From positions 832,001-896,000 of the forward strand of contig OZ241875.1 in NCBI GenBank assembly GCA_965203325.1: a DNA stretch of 64,000 nt. Direction: 5' to 3'. The notes under the pieces were generated by a model. That model made no database searches. It was not told the DNA's origin and was given only the letters and a program-made list of their open reading frames with translations. The DNA is from a bacterium (GTDB taxonomy: Bacteria; UBA8248). Both the position numbers and the translations under genes were made by a program. This document shows positions 38,044-47,900 of the stretch, in pieces. Numbering within the stretch: the stretch's first letter is position 1; every line of letters begins with the position of its first letter.

Positions 38044-38938
38044 GATTCCGCCTCGAGAACACAGCCTTCAAGCGATGCACCCGCTCCTCGTCGAGGATGC
38101 CGCGCGGCATGAAAATCAACAGTATCGCCACCAGGCCGCCGAACACGATCATTCTATAGCCCTGGATGAAGCGAATCGCTTCCAGAAAACCGACATCGAT
38201 GGCGACGCCGATGAGCGGTCCGAATGCTGTGCCGAGGCCTCCGATCAGACCGTAAGCAAGGGCATGTACGCCCAACATGACGTTGAAGAACTGCGGCTCC
38301 ACGTAGGTGGTGAAGTGTGCGTAAAGAGCCCCGCCGACGCCCGCGATTACACCGGCCATGCCCACCGCCAGAATACGGTAGCGCACGGTGTTCAGGCCCT
38401 GCATCTCGGCCAGCAGATCATCCGAACCGAGCATTCTGAGAATCGAACCCAGCCGGGAGCGCTCGACCAGCAGCAAGCAGATCAACGTCAGCGCGAGCAG
38501 TCCGTAGATGAGGAGCATGAACTCGGTCAGGCTGATGTCGCGCTCAAACATCCAGCGGATGCCGTGGAATCCGTTTGCGCCCTCCGGACCCACCATCTCT
38601 CCATCGACCTCGACCTGAATTTCGACGATCAACAGGATCAGGCGCGCCATCTCCGCAAAAGCCAGAGTCGCGATCGAAAAGTAGAGACCGCTGAGCTGCA
38701 GCGTCAGAGCCCCCACGACCATCGCGATGATTCCGGCCGCGCACGCGCCGACGAGAATTCCCGCCCAGATCGGCATCTGGAACATAGCAGTCGCCGCACC
38801 GGCTGCGTACGCGCTCAGGCCGAAGTAGGCCTGCTGGCCGAAGGAGATCTCCCCTGTCAGCAACAGCAGGTAGGCCGACAACGCGATGAACGAGATCATG
38901 CCGATGTTCGACAGCACCGTGATGACGTAATTGTCCAT
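38030..38938 (-). CDS. livM: HAAT ABC permease, LivM-type (second set)
   Basis: TGEISFGQ, LSGLYFSIATLAFAE, MPRGI. Confidence 0.85.
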   Translation of the reverse strand: MDNYVITVLSNIGMISFIALSAYLLLLTGEISFGQQAYFGLSAYAAGAATAMFQMPIWAGILVGACAAGIIAMVVGALTLQLSGLYFSIATLAFAEMARLILLIVEIQVEVDGEMVGPEGANGFHGIRWMFERDISLTEFMLLIYGLLALTLICLLLVERSRLGSILRMLGSDDLLAEMQGLNTVRYRILAVGMAGVIAGVGGALYAHFTTYVEPQFFNVMLGVHALAYGLIGGLGTAFGPLIGVAIDVGFLEAIRFIQGYRMIVFGGLVAILLIFMPRGILDEERVHRLKAVFSRRNHARA

Positions 38939-38941
38939 CCC

Positions 38942-39841
38942 TCAAACCCGCCGGAAGGCGAGAGCCTCGCGGCTCAGAATGCGTTGGCCCATGAGGCCTC
39001 CGGGCCGCAGCACCAGCATCCCGAACAGCAGCAGATATGCGCTGAGATCCTTGTATTCGTTACCCAGATACCAAAGAGCGTGGGCTTCGACGACGCCCAG
39101 CAGCAAGCCGCCCAGAATCGCGCCCGGCAGCGACCCCATGCCGCCCAGCATCATCGCAATGAGACCCTTGAAGGTGGCCCACAAGCCGAAGAAGGGGGTA
39201 ATCTGCGCATCCGTGGACAATATGGCGTAGCCCGCCACCCCGCCCATCAGGGACACCAGCGCGAATGCGCACAGCGTGACCCAAGCCGCATTGATGCCCA
39301 TATAGGCGGCGGCCAGGGAGTTTTCCGAGACCGCCCGCAACGCCAGTCCAAAACGGGTGCGATACAACAGGACGTGCAAAACGCCTACAATGATCATCGC
39401 CAGGACCAGCATCGAGGTCTGTTCCGCCCGAAACAGAAAGGGTCCGATTTCGAAGGAACCGGCTGCGAGCAAAGCGGGGAAGGCATAGGTGCGCTCGGGC
39501 AGCAGATGAATTGCGGCTTCCTCCAACTGCATCCAGATCACGAAGCTCGACACCATCGACGCGAGCACGGCGCTGCGCCGGATGGCGTGAAAGCATAAGC
39601 GTTCGACATAGATGCCAACGAGGACGGTGCTCGCCAGTGTCGTAAGAGCGACGATCCACACACTGACCTGATACTGCACGTGCAGCCACGTGCCGATGTA
39701 GGCGCCGAGCATGATGGTGGCGCCGAAGGAGAGATTGATCCGGCGCATCACGCCGAAGATGATCGTGAAACCAATCGCCAGAAGCGCGTAGGACGAACCG
39801 AACATCATGCCGTCGACCGTATTCTGGACAAAATCGATCAA
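38942..39841 (-). CDS. livH: HAAT ABC permease, LivH-type (second set)
   Basis: YALLAIGFTIIFG, LRAVSEN, LGGMGSLPG, RPGGL. Confidence 0.85.
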   Translation of the reverse strand: MIDFVQNTVDGMMFGSSYALLAIGFTIIFGVMRRINLSFGATIMLGAYIGTWLHVQYQVSVWIVALTTLASTVLVGIYVERLCFHAIRRSAVLASMVSSFVIWMQLEEAAIHLLPERTYAFPALLAAGSFEIGPFLFRAEQTSMLVLAMIIVGVLHVLLYRTRFGLALRAVSENSLAAAYMGINAAWVTLCAFALVSLMGGVAGYAILSTDAQITPFFGLWATFKGLIAMMLGGMGSLPGAILGGLLLGVVEAHALWYLGNEYKDLSAYLLLFGMLVLRPGGLMGQRILSREALAFRRV

Positions 39842-39868
39842 GACGCGCTCCCACGACTCCGGTATTCG

Positions 39869-40585
39869 TTAATCCTTCTGCGACCCGAGGTAGGCCCGGT
39901 GAATGACCTCGTCTTCCGCCAGCTCTCCGGGCGATCCCGAGAATGTGATTTCTCCGTTTTCGATGAGGTAGAACTTGTGGGCCACGGTCAGCGCCATGTG
40001 GGCGTTTTGCTCGACCAGGAAAATCGTGACGCCTTCCGCATTCAATTCGCGGATGATGTTAAAAATCTCCCTGACGATCAACGGCGCCAGCCCGATGGAT
40101 GGCTCGTCCATGAGCAGAATCTTGGGGCGATTCATCAGGCCCCTGGCAATGGCCAGCATCTGCTGCTCGCCTCCCGACAGGGTTCCCGCAAGCTGGCCCT
40201 TGCGTTCTTCCAGGCGAGGAAAACGCCGGTACATGTCCGCGACATCGGCCGCGACCTCCGCCTCGGAAGCCCGCCGGGAGTAGGCGCCGGCATGAAGGTT
40301 CTCCTCGACGTTCATGTAGGGAAAGACAAGACGGTTCTCGGGCACCAGAGCGAGGCCTCTCGAGACCACCTTGCTGGCCGGCAACCGCGTTATGTCGTCG
40401 CCGCTCAAAACAACGGAGCCGGATTCGGGGGAAAGGATGCCTGCAATGGTGAACATGGTCGTCGTTTTTCCTGCGCCGTTAGGACCGAGCAGACACGTGA
40501 TTTCGCCCTCGGCCGCATCCAGGCAGATGCCTCGCAGCGCCTGAACTTTTCCGTAGGAAGTGACGATATCCCGAACGCTCAACAT
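39869..40585 (-). CDS. livF: HAAT ABC ATPase, LivF-type (first set)
   Basis: GPNGAGKTT, LSGGEQQM, DEPSIGLAP. Confidence 0.9.
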   Translation of the reverse strand: MLSVRDIVTSYGKVQALRGICLDAAEGEITCLLGPNGAGKTTTMFTIAGILSPESGSVVLSGDDITRLPASKVVSRGLALVPENRLVFPYMNVEENLHAGAYSRRASEAEVAADVADMYRRFPRLEERKGQLAGTLSGGEQQMLAIARGLMNRPKILLMDEPSIGLAPLIVREIFNIIRELNAEGVTIFLVEQNAHMALTVAHKFYLIENGEITFSGSPGELAEDEVIHRAYLGSQKD

Positions 40586-40589
40586 GTTC

Positions 40590-41366
40590 TCAAGCGCCCG
40601 TGTCGAGAGAGGAGGCATCCGAGTCGGACGTCCCCAGATAGGCTTCCTGCACGGCCTTGTTCCGCTGAACGTCGCCTGGAGTCCCGGATGCGATCTTCTG
40701 CCCGAAATTCAGAACGGCGATTTGCTCCGCCACGCCCATTACGAGTTCCATTACGTGCTCGACGAGCAGGATCGTTACGCCGGAATCACGGATACGTCGA
40801 ATGCGCAGGCTCAGATCGTGGATTTCCTGGCGGTTCATGCCGGCTGCAGGTTCGTCCAGCAGCAACAACTTTGGACGGGCGGCGGCGGCGCGGGCGAACT
40901 CTAGTCGCCGTTGCTCCCCGAATGCGAGGTTGGAGGCGAGTTCATCGCTTTTGTGTTCCAAATCGGCGAGTTCGAGCAGGGTGGCGATCTCCCTCCGCGT
41001 CCGGCGGGTAGCGCCGAACCAGCGTGACAGAAAGCCTTGCGCGGCGATATCCTGGGGCGAGTTCTGCGCCACCCACAGGTTCTGCCATACGGTGAGATTC
41101 GGAAACAGGCGGATATTCTGGAACGTTCGGGCGATTCCCGCTCGCAGGCGTTGGTGCGGCGGCTTGCCGTTCATCAGTTCCTCGTGGAATCGAACCGTAC
41201 CGGCCGTTTCCTGATACACACCGCAGACCAGGTTGATAGTCGTGCTCTTGCCCGATCCGTTGGGGCCGATCAACCCGAAGATCTCACCCTCTTGAACAGT
41301 GATGTCCAGCTCATCGACGGCCTTGACCCCACCGAAGTGCTTCGACAGACCGCGCAGTTCAAGCAT
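40590..41366 (-). CDS. livG: HAAT ABC ATPase, LivG-type (first set)
   Basis: GPNGSGKST, ARTFQN, LAFGEQRR, DEPAAGM. Confidence 0.9.
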   Translation of the reverse strand: MLELRGLSKHFGGVKAVDELDITVQEGEIFGLIGPNGSGKSTTINLVCGVYQETAGTVRFHEELMNGKPPHQRLRAGIARTFQNIRLFPNLTVWQNLWVAQNSPQDIAAQGFLSRWFGATRRTRREIATLLELADLEHKSDELASNLAFGEQRRLEFARAAAARPKLLLLDEPAAGMNRQEIHDLSLRIRRIRDSGVTILLVEHVMELVMGVAEQIAVLNFGQKIASGTPGDVQRNKAVQEAYLGTSDSDASSLDTGA

Positions 41367-42273
41367 CGGACTTCTCCTGCGCGCCGAGACCGACTGCGCG
41401 TTTCAGGATCTGGGCGGTGCGCGCATCGAACAGGCCGGAAGGCTTCAGGTTCATCGCCATGATGATCAGCAACCCGAACACGATGTTGCGCCAATCTCCC
41501 AGAAACCGAAGCCCCTCCACGAGTACGCCCTGAATGAAGACGACCGCCACCAGGGTGCCGAACACGCTCGAGAGGCCGCCGAGGATCGGATAGGAGACCG
41601 CGAAGGTCGCGAGCAGCACGGTAAAGGTGAGGTGATCGACGTAGGTCGCCGTGTGCGCGTAGAGGGCTCCGCCGATGCCGGCGATGAAGCCGCCGGCGGT
41701 CATGGCCGTTACCTTTACCGCGGTGAGGTTGACGCCGACGCTTTGCGTCGCGAGTTCATCTTCGCCGACTGCCCGCAACACCGCCCCGGCGCGCGAACGA
41801 TCCATCCACCACAGCGCCGCCATGACCAGGATGACGAACGTCCAGACGAAGGCCGCGATCTCCCACGGCGACCATCCGTTCGCGACGAAATACCGGATCT
41901 CGCGGAAGCCGTTGGTGCTGTCCGGTCCGACTACGATGTCGCCGCGCGGCACGCGCCAGCTCAGGTTGAAGAAGAACAGACGAACGAACTCGCCGAACGC
42001 GATGGTCGCGACCACCAGCATCAGACCCTTTACCCTCAGGGCGGGAAAACCGACGATGAACGCGAAGAACGCGGCGATGACCGCGCCCGCGAGCAATGCC
42101 GGAAGAATCGGTACTTCGAAAATCACGGTGAGAATGCCTGCGGAGTAGGCTCCGATCGCAAAGAAGCCGGCCTGGCCCAATGAGAGCTGTCCGGTCAGCA
42201 TCAGGACATACGCGGACAAGCCGAGAAGAGTGTGAATCCCGATGAGTTGGGCGAGGCCGAGGTAGTACGACAT
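41359..42273 (-). CDS. livM: HAAT ABC permease, LivM-type (first set)
   Basis: TGQLSLGQAGF, PALRVKG, AVGEDELA. Confidence 0.85.
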   Translation of the reverse strand: MSYYLGLAQLIGIHTLLGLSAYVLMLTGQLSLGQAGFFAIGAYSAGILTVIFEVPILPALLAGAVIAAFFAFIVGFPALRVKGLMLVVATIAFGEFVRLFFFNLSWRVPRGDIVVGPDSTNGFREIRYFVANGWSPWEIAAFVWTFVILVMAALWWMDRSRAGAVLRAVGEDELATQSVGVNLTAVKVTAMTAGGFIAGIGGALYAHTATYVDHLTFTVLLATFAVSYPILGGLSSVFGTLVAVVFIQGVLVEGLRFLGDWRNIVFGLLIIMAMNLKPSGLFDARTAQILKRAVGLGAQEKSDA

Positions 42274-42279
42274 CGGTGG

Positions 42280-43176
42280 CTAGTCCCGCTCCACAGCCGA
42301 TCCGAAGAGACCGTCGGGTCTGAAAACCAGGAAAACGAACAGCAGCAGAAGCACGTACATATCGCGTTCGTTGACGCCCCGGAAGTACAGGAACGCATTC
42401 TCCAGCCCGCCGACCAGCAACCCGGCCGCAATGGCTCCCGGGATCGATCCAAGGCCCCCGATAACCGCGACGATCAGGCCTTTGACCGTGAGCGGCACGG
42501 TGATCAGCGGCGACAGCACGCCGACAGCGGACGCCGTCATCGAACCGGCGATGCCGCCGAGCAAGCCCGCGAGCACGAAGGTGACGGCGTTGGTCCGATG
42601 GACGTCGATGCCGCAGAGCTGAGCCGCCACGTCCTGTTGGGACACCGCTCGCGTCGCCAGACCCAGCCGGGTTCGGTAGAGCACGTAGAGCAGTCCGATG
42701 GTGCTGAAGATATTCACCGCCAACACGAAAAGCAAATCGCCGCGCACCCCGTAAGGGCCCATTTCGAACATCACGTCGTCGAACAATGCCGGAAAAGTAA
42801 GCGGCGAACCATCGGTCGTATGCACGACGATCTCGTCGATGAAGAACAGCGCCCCGATGGAAGCCATCAAGGCGGCAAGGTGGTTATTAATGGGGATGAA
42901 CCTGAAGCAGGTGATATACACGGCACCGCCGATCAACCCCGATGCGAGCGCGGAGATCAGGAATACTACCGGGGCCGGGGCGTTGATGAAGGTGAACGCG
43001 GCCAGGCCGACGTACGCCCCGGCCAGAGCCGCCGCGGCGTAGGTCATGTTGAGTTTTCGCATGGCGCCGAAAATCAAGGAAAAGCCGATGCCGATCAGCG
43101 CATAGGTCGTGCCGAAGAACAGGCCGTCGCCGATGGTCTGGGTGATCTCTACGAACTCGAGCAAAAAATCACTCAT
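42280..43176 (-). CDS. livH: HAAT ABC permease, LivH-type (first set)
   Basis: YALIGIGFSLIFG, RAVSQ, IGGLGSIPG, RPDGL. Confidence 0.85.
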   Translation of the reverse strand: MSDFLLEFVEITQTIGDGLFFGTTYALIGIGFSLIFGAMRKLNMTYAAAALAGAYVGLAAFTFINAPAPVVFLISALASGLIGGAVYITCFRFIPINNHLAALMASIGALFFIDEIVVHTTDGSPLTFPALFDDVMFEMGPYGVRGDLLFVLAVNIFSTIGLLYVLYRTRLGLATRAVSQQDVAAQLCGIDVHRTNAVTFVLAGLLGGIAGSMTASAVGVLSPLITVPLTVKGLIVAVIGGLGSIPGAIAAGLLVGGLENAFLYFRGVNERDMYVLLLLFVFLVFRPDGLFGSAVERD

Positions 43177-43306
43177 GGTCTGATCTCATTTGTACCCTCA
43201 GCGACCAAGGACAATCAGCGTCGCGCGAGACTAATACCGGATACGTGATCGGACCTTCCTAGTCATGCTTTCTCGCACTTTCCTGGGAAAGACGCCAGTC
43301 CCGGCC

Positions 43307-43357
43307 CGGCGACATGGTGAACAGGAGTTCGAATAGATGCTGTTCACCATGTCGCCG
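43307..43357. other. Intercistronic 18-bp perfect inverted repeat
   Basis: CGGCGACATGGTGAACAG-15 nt-CTGTTCACCATGTCGCCG downstream of the SBP gene. Confidence 0.75.
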
Positions 43358-43398
43358 CATCAAGGATCCACCAGTCGCGATCCTGGTCGGAGACTGCG

Positions 43399-44673
43399 TT
43401 AGCGTGGATCGTGGACGACTTTCCACGTACCCTTTTGGGCTTGCACGAAGACGTAGGGTTTGATGGATTCGCCCTCGTTCTGGACCCGACCGATCTCGCC
43501 CATCAGTCCATCGACCTTGACCAGGGCTTCGAGGCCGTCGCGGACCTTGCGTCTGTCGGCCTTCAGCGTCTCGGGCTTGGCCATGACGCCGGTCGCCTCG
43601 ACCACCTGCTTGATGATGTGCGCGTTCTCCCAGGCGGCCGCGCTGTGCAGATCGGCTGCTCCGCCGTTGGCGGCGGCGGCGGCGGCGACTTTGGCAGCGG
43701 CCTTCGTGATCGGAGCGAAGCCGGTCGGGATGTAGATGCCCTCCGCGGCGGCGGAGCAACCCTTGAGGGTTTCCGCGCTGGACGAACTGGTGAGTCCCAC
43801 GAGCACCTTCGGCCTGATTCGCTGGCGTCTCATTTCCTTGAGCATGCCGCAGGTGGTGAAGGGGTGCGAGGAGATGATCATCATGTCGGCGCCCGATCTC
43901 TTGAAGGCGCGGGCCTGGACCGAGAAGTTCGTATCGGCAAGCAGCCAGTTGGACGATTTCGAGACTTTGAGCACGTTCTTCATGCCCGCTATAATCTTGC
44001 CGGTCACCCCTTCGATGCCGCCGCCGACCCACTCGAAGCCGTATTTCCTGGCCTTTTGGACGATGACGGCGGCGAAGGTGATCCTGGAGTGGGCCTGGTC
44101 GGTCTCGGTTCCCCCGTAGATCGTCTTGACGTCGGGATACTTGGAGCGCAGCCATTTGAACAACGCGTCATACATGGTGATCTCGTTAGGCACGTTGCGG
44201 AACGTCCATTGGGACTTTTTGGCAAGGCCGGGACGAATCGCGGTGTCGGTGAGAATGGGAAACTGAAGCCCGCTGTCGGACTTGTCGTCCACCTTTTTCT
44301 GGAAGATACCGTACATGGCCGCCGCGGCGCCGGAGCACGTCGGACCGATGCCGGCCAAAGCTGCGGTTTGCGATTCGACCTTGCGCGCAATCGAGATGGC
44401 CTGATCGGCGTTGCAGGCGGAGTCATAATAAGTGAATTCCATCTTGGCCATGGTGCCGTCGCCCAGTTTCACGCCGCCCGAATCGTTGATGGCCTTTATC
44501 GCCCCTTTGAGCACGGCCTCGGAGTTGACGCCGAACGAACGCAACGGTCCGGATTTCGCGCCCCAAGCTGCGATCTTGACGGTGCGCTCGGCCGCGACCA
44601 CCGGATGCGCGAACATGAAGAATGATGCGACCATAACGAACATGGCCGCCGCCGTGAGTCTTGTGGTAGACAT
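43399..44673 (-). CDS. HAAT ABC substrate-binding protein
   Basis: GGAGG RBS, signal peptide, INDSGGVKLGDG, YDSAC, GPTCS, WTFRN. Confidence 0.88.
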   Translation of the reverse strand: MSTTRLTAAAMFVMVASFFMFAHPVVAAERTVKIAAWGAKSGPLRSFGVNSEAVLKGAIKAINDSGGVKLGDGTMAKMEFTYYDSACNADQAISIARKVESQTAALAGIGPTCSGAAAAMYGIFQKKVDDKSDSGLQFPILTDTAIRPGLAKKSQWTFRNVPNEITMYDALFKWLRSKYPDVKTIYGGTETDQAHSRITFAAVIVQKARKYGFEWVGGGIEGVTGKIIAGMKNVLKVSKSSNWLLADTNFSVQARAFKRSGADMMIISSHPFTTCGMLKEMRRQRIRPKVLVGLTSSSSAETLKGCSAAAEGIYIPTGFAPITKAAAKVAAAAAANGGAADLHSAAAWENAHIIKQVVEATGVMAKPETLKADRRKVRDGLEALVKVDGLMGEIGRVQNEGESIKPYVFVQAQKGTWKVVHDPR

Positions 44674-45058
44674 TTCGGATCCTCCTGTTTGAATTCCGTC
44701 CTCGTGTTTGGATTCCTTCCTGGAGTTGATCGCTGCAAGTCCCGGGCTCGGCATGGAAGCGCCTCTTGTCGTCAGCGCTCGTGGCCGCCGAACCCCTCCA
44801 CACTCATATTTCATTATATAGTAATCCAACTACAATAAATATAAAGAATTTCATGTTAAATTCGTGTTTTCATCCCTCATGTATTGCGTTTTCACCTTGC
44901 ATTTCACTCATGGACTGAGGCTCGGAAACCGTGGGACGAACCGGGAAACCGCCTCCAACCGCCCTGAAGGAATATCAAGCCGTTGCGCGCCAAGACCGGA
45001 CTTTGGAGAACAATCCGACGCGGGGGCGCCGGAATGCGTGCGAGTCGGGGCCGATCGC

Positions 45059-45514
45059 CTAGGAGACGCTCATCTTCCGTCCACTCTCATACCACTCGGG
45101 TCCCGGCTGTTCGGGGGGATCGTCGTAGCGCTTGATCTCGAGCTCGACGTTGTCGGGATCGTAGAAATAGGTGGCGTAGCCCACGCCGTAGGCGCCGAGG
45201 TTCTTCTCCTCGCCCCGGTGAGGCTCCCGGCCGCTCGCGCGCAGGCGGTCGATCACCTCGTTGTATTCGGCGTCATCCATGCAAAACGCGAGATGATCCA
45301 TCCCCCCCTTCACCTCGACGTCGTCGGAGACGAAATCATCGGCGTGAAAGAGAACAAGAATGTCCTCCCCCACGCGGAAGACGACCTGGTCGATCTCGCC
45401 GCCGTGGATGAGGCGGCGGCCGACGGGCTTGAAGCCCATCACGTCGCGGTAGAACGCGATGGATTTCTCGAGATTCGTGACGCGCAGGGCGACGTGTTCG
45501 ATCATTCGTTTCAT
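45059..45514 (-). CDS. VOC/glyoxalase family protein
   Basis: IEHVALRV, FYRDVMG, DHLAF, YFYDPDNVELE. Confidence 0.85.
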   Translation of the reverse strand: MKRMIEHVALRVTNLEKSIAFYRDVMGFKPVGRRLIHGGEIDQVVFRVGEDILVLFHADDFVSDDVEVKGGMDHLAFCMDDAEYNEVIDRLRASGREPHRGEEKNLGAYGVGYATYFYDPDNVELEIKRYDDPPEQPGPEWYESGRKMSVS

Positions 45515-45541
45515 GGCGGCCTCCTTTAGGGGAGGAGGGAA

Positions 45542-46063
45542 CTAGTCGTCGTAGGCCTTCACCGTGGGAACCGTGATGGGGGACTCGGGCTCGGTCCTGC
45601 CCTCGGCCACGGCGCGAATCGCGGAGATGATCTGGCGATAACCCGTGCAGCGGCAGAGGTTGCCGGTGAGCCAGTGCTGGATCTCCGCCTCGGTGGGGTC
45701 GGGGTTCTCCTCGAGCAGTTTCTTGGCCGAGACGATCATCCCCGGCGTGCAATAGCCGCACTGCGTGGCGCCGTATGAGGCGAAAGCGGCTTGTAAGGGA
45801 TGCAGGTCTTCGAGGCCGCCGAGGCCTTCAATCGTCTCGACGTTCGCGCCGTCGGCGCGCACCGCCAGGACGAGGCACGAACTGATGAGTTCACCGTCCA
45901 TGATGATCGAGCAGGAGCCGCACGCCCCCTGATCGCAGGCGCGCTTGGTGCCCATCATGCCCAAATCCTCGCGGATGAGATCCACCAGATAGCGGTTCAC
46001 GGGAACCATCGCCTCGACAGGCTCTCCGTTGAGAACGAAAGATATCATCCTTTTTTCAGACAT
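45542..46063 (-). CDS. (2Fe-2S)-binding subunit, CoxS/xanthine dehydrogenase small-subunit family
   Basis: GTKRACDQGACGSC, SCL, QCGYCTPG, GNLCRCTGY. Confidence 0.92.
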   Translation of the reverse strand: MSEKRMISFVLNGEPVEAMVPVNRYLVDLIREDLGMMGTKRACDQGACGSCSIIMDGELISSCLVLAVRADGANVETIEGLGGLEDLHPLQAAFASYGATQCGYCTPGMIVSAKKLLEENPDPTEAEIQHWLTGNLCRCTGYRQIISAIRAVAEGRTEPESPITVPTVKAYDD

Positions 46064-46147
46064 ATCGATCCCCCACATTTTGCGGCCATGCGCTGTCTTG
46101 AAGTGGCTCCACTATACCACGTTTCCGCCCGGCGTGCACGAAAACCC

Positions 46148-47161
46148 TCAGATTTTCCGGAGCGCCGGCATGAGTTCGTCCGAGATCATCCGCATGCTGT
46201 GAAGCGCCGTGGAAAGCGGCATCCCCGCCCAGTGGGTGCGGATGACGAGGTGGTTCATCCCCACTTCCTCCCAGAAGGGGCGAAGCTGCTCGTAGCACTC
46301 CTCGGGCGAGCCGAGGACGAAGCGGTCCTTGAGCAGATCGTCGAATTCCTGATCGAAGCTCTCATCCTCGGGCATGGCGTCGTCCTGTCCCCACTTGGCG
46401 TAATCCCGGTATTTGCCGAACAGATAGGGCCCCGCCATCTCGAGGGCGCTCTTCCTGTCGTGGCTGCAGAAAACCTCCTTGATACAGGGGAATTCCGCCG
46501 GAAACGGCTTGCCGCACCTGTCCAGCTCCGCGCGGTAGAGCGTCATCTGCCGCTTGATGGTCGCCGTGGTGGAGTGGGGGTTGATGAACCAGTTGTCGCC
46601 GATGCGGGCGGCGCGCTCGATGGCCTTGTCATTATTCGCCGCCACCCAGATCGGCGGGTAGGGCTTCTGCACGGGGCGGATGTTCATGCGCACGCCGTCG
46701 AGCTTGCAGACCTCATCCTCCCAGGTAACCTCCTCCTCCGTCCAGAGGCGCTTCACGAGTTCAAGACACTCCTCGAAGCGGCGCACGCGCTGTCCCTTGG
46801 GAACGCGGAAGGCGTCGAACTCCGCCTCGCGGTAGCCCAGGCCGATGCCGAACACGAAGTTCCCCCGGCAGAGGACGTCCATCGTCGCCACCGTCTCGGC
46901 CACGTAGACCGGGTTGTGCAGGTTGATGAGCAGGATGCCGAGCCCGAGCGTCATCTCGCCCGCCTCGGCCTGAAGCCGCGCGAGGAAGGGCACGATCTGG
47001 AGCTGCTTGTTGTTGCCCTCGTTCAGGTAGTGCTGCCCGGTGAAGAGCGAGTCCCAGCCCCTGTCGCGCGCGAGGCGCACCATGGCGTACTGCTCGTCCA
47101 GGGCGCTGACCATGTCGGTTTCGAGGTACTGCTGGTTGGTGATGAAGAGCCCTACTTTCAT
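46148..47161 (-). CDS. LLM-class flavin-dependent oxidoreductase
   Basis: NPVYVAETVATMD, GIGLGYREAEF, PVQKPYPPIW, GSPEEC. Confidence 0.88.
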   Translation of the reverse strand: MKVGLFITNQQYLETDMVSALDEQYAMVRLARDRGWDSLFTGQHYLNEGNNKQLQIVPFLARLQAEAGEMTLGLGILLINLHNPVYVAETVATMDVLCRGNFVFGIGLGYREAEFDAFRVPKGQRVRRFEECLELVKRLWTEEEVTWEDEVCKLDGVRMNIRPVQKPYPPIWVAANNDKAIERAARIGDNWFINPHSTTATIKRQMTLYRAELDRCGKPFPAEFPCIKEVFCSHDRKSALEMAGPYLFGKYRDYAKWGQDDAMPEDESFDQEFDDLLKDRFVLGSPEECYEQLRPFWEEVGMNHLVIRTHWAGMPLSTALHSMRMISDELMPALRKI

Positions 47162-47235
47162 GTCGCGTTCCCTATGCTGAGGTGAATGGTTAGCGGCCAC
47201 CATACCCCAAGGCTCGGGACGCCGCCATGCTAGTT

Positions 47236-47772
47236 GGTCAAAGCCGGTTGATGAATGAGGGTTTGTGGGCGTAATGCGGCGCGGGAGGAAGTGCGGGCAG
47301 TTGCGGGCAAATGCGCGGGAACCAAAAAACTTTTTGGGCCGCCATATCTGAGTGTAAGACGCTAAGATTTATATGATAACCCTTTTTATTACAATCATTT
47401 ACATGGACATTATTTTTCAGGAATTTATCGAAAAACCCCGTGAATTTACACATATTTATCGAAAATATCATTATTTTCATATTCATCATCCATCCCCGTT
47501 CCATGAGTGCACATCCCCTGCGAGAAAAAGCCCCACTGATAAGGTCAAACGCGAGTGAAGAACGAGTGTCGAACACGACTGATGAAGGAGCGATCGAAGA
47601 CTGTTCGGATGGGTTCGCCGTCTTCATTCTCGCCTCAACGACCGATTCCATGCAAAAGCCTCCGCGCCTTTCGGTTCCATTCCAAATCATGCGGGAGAAA
47701 CCGTTTTCCCGCGTCGCGCGCACGATACCGGAATCCGCTGTTTCAGAGAGTACGGCAATTGCGGGGAAATGC
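47236..47772 (-). repeat. Long dispersed repeat, copy 2
   Basis: Reverse complement of 35634-36040 with a different, longer central segment (about 47496-47698). Confidence 0.9.
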
Positions 47773-47820
47773 ATGCATAGAGCACCACCCAAATCGATGC
47801 ACACGCCGAAAATCCGAGTC

Positions 47821-47849
47821 TTGATACAATAGTTTTACTAAATTATAAT
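47821..47849 (+). promoter_or_regulatory. Sigma70-type promoter
   Basis: TTGATA-17 bp-TATAAT upstream of GGAGG RBS and ATG 47901. Confidence 0.7.
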
Positions 47850-47900
47850 GCCTATATAGCGACACAAGCATCACCACGAGGAAACTCTTAGGCTGGAGGC

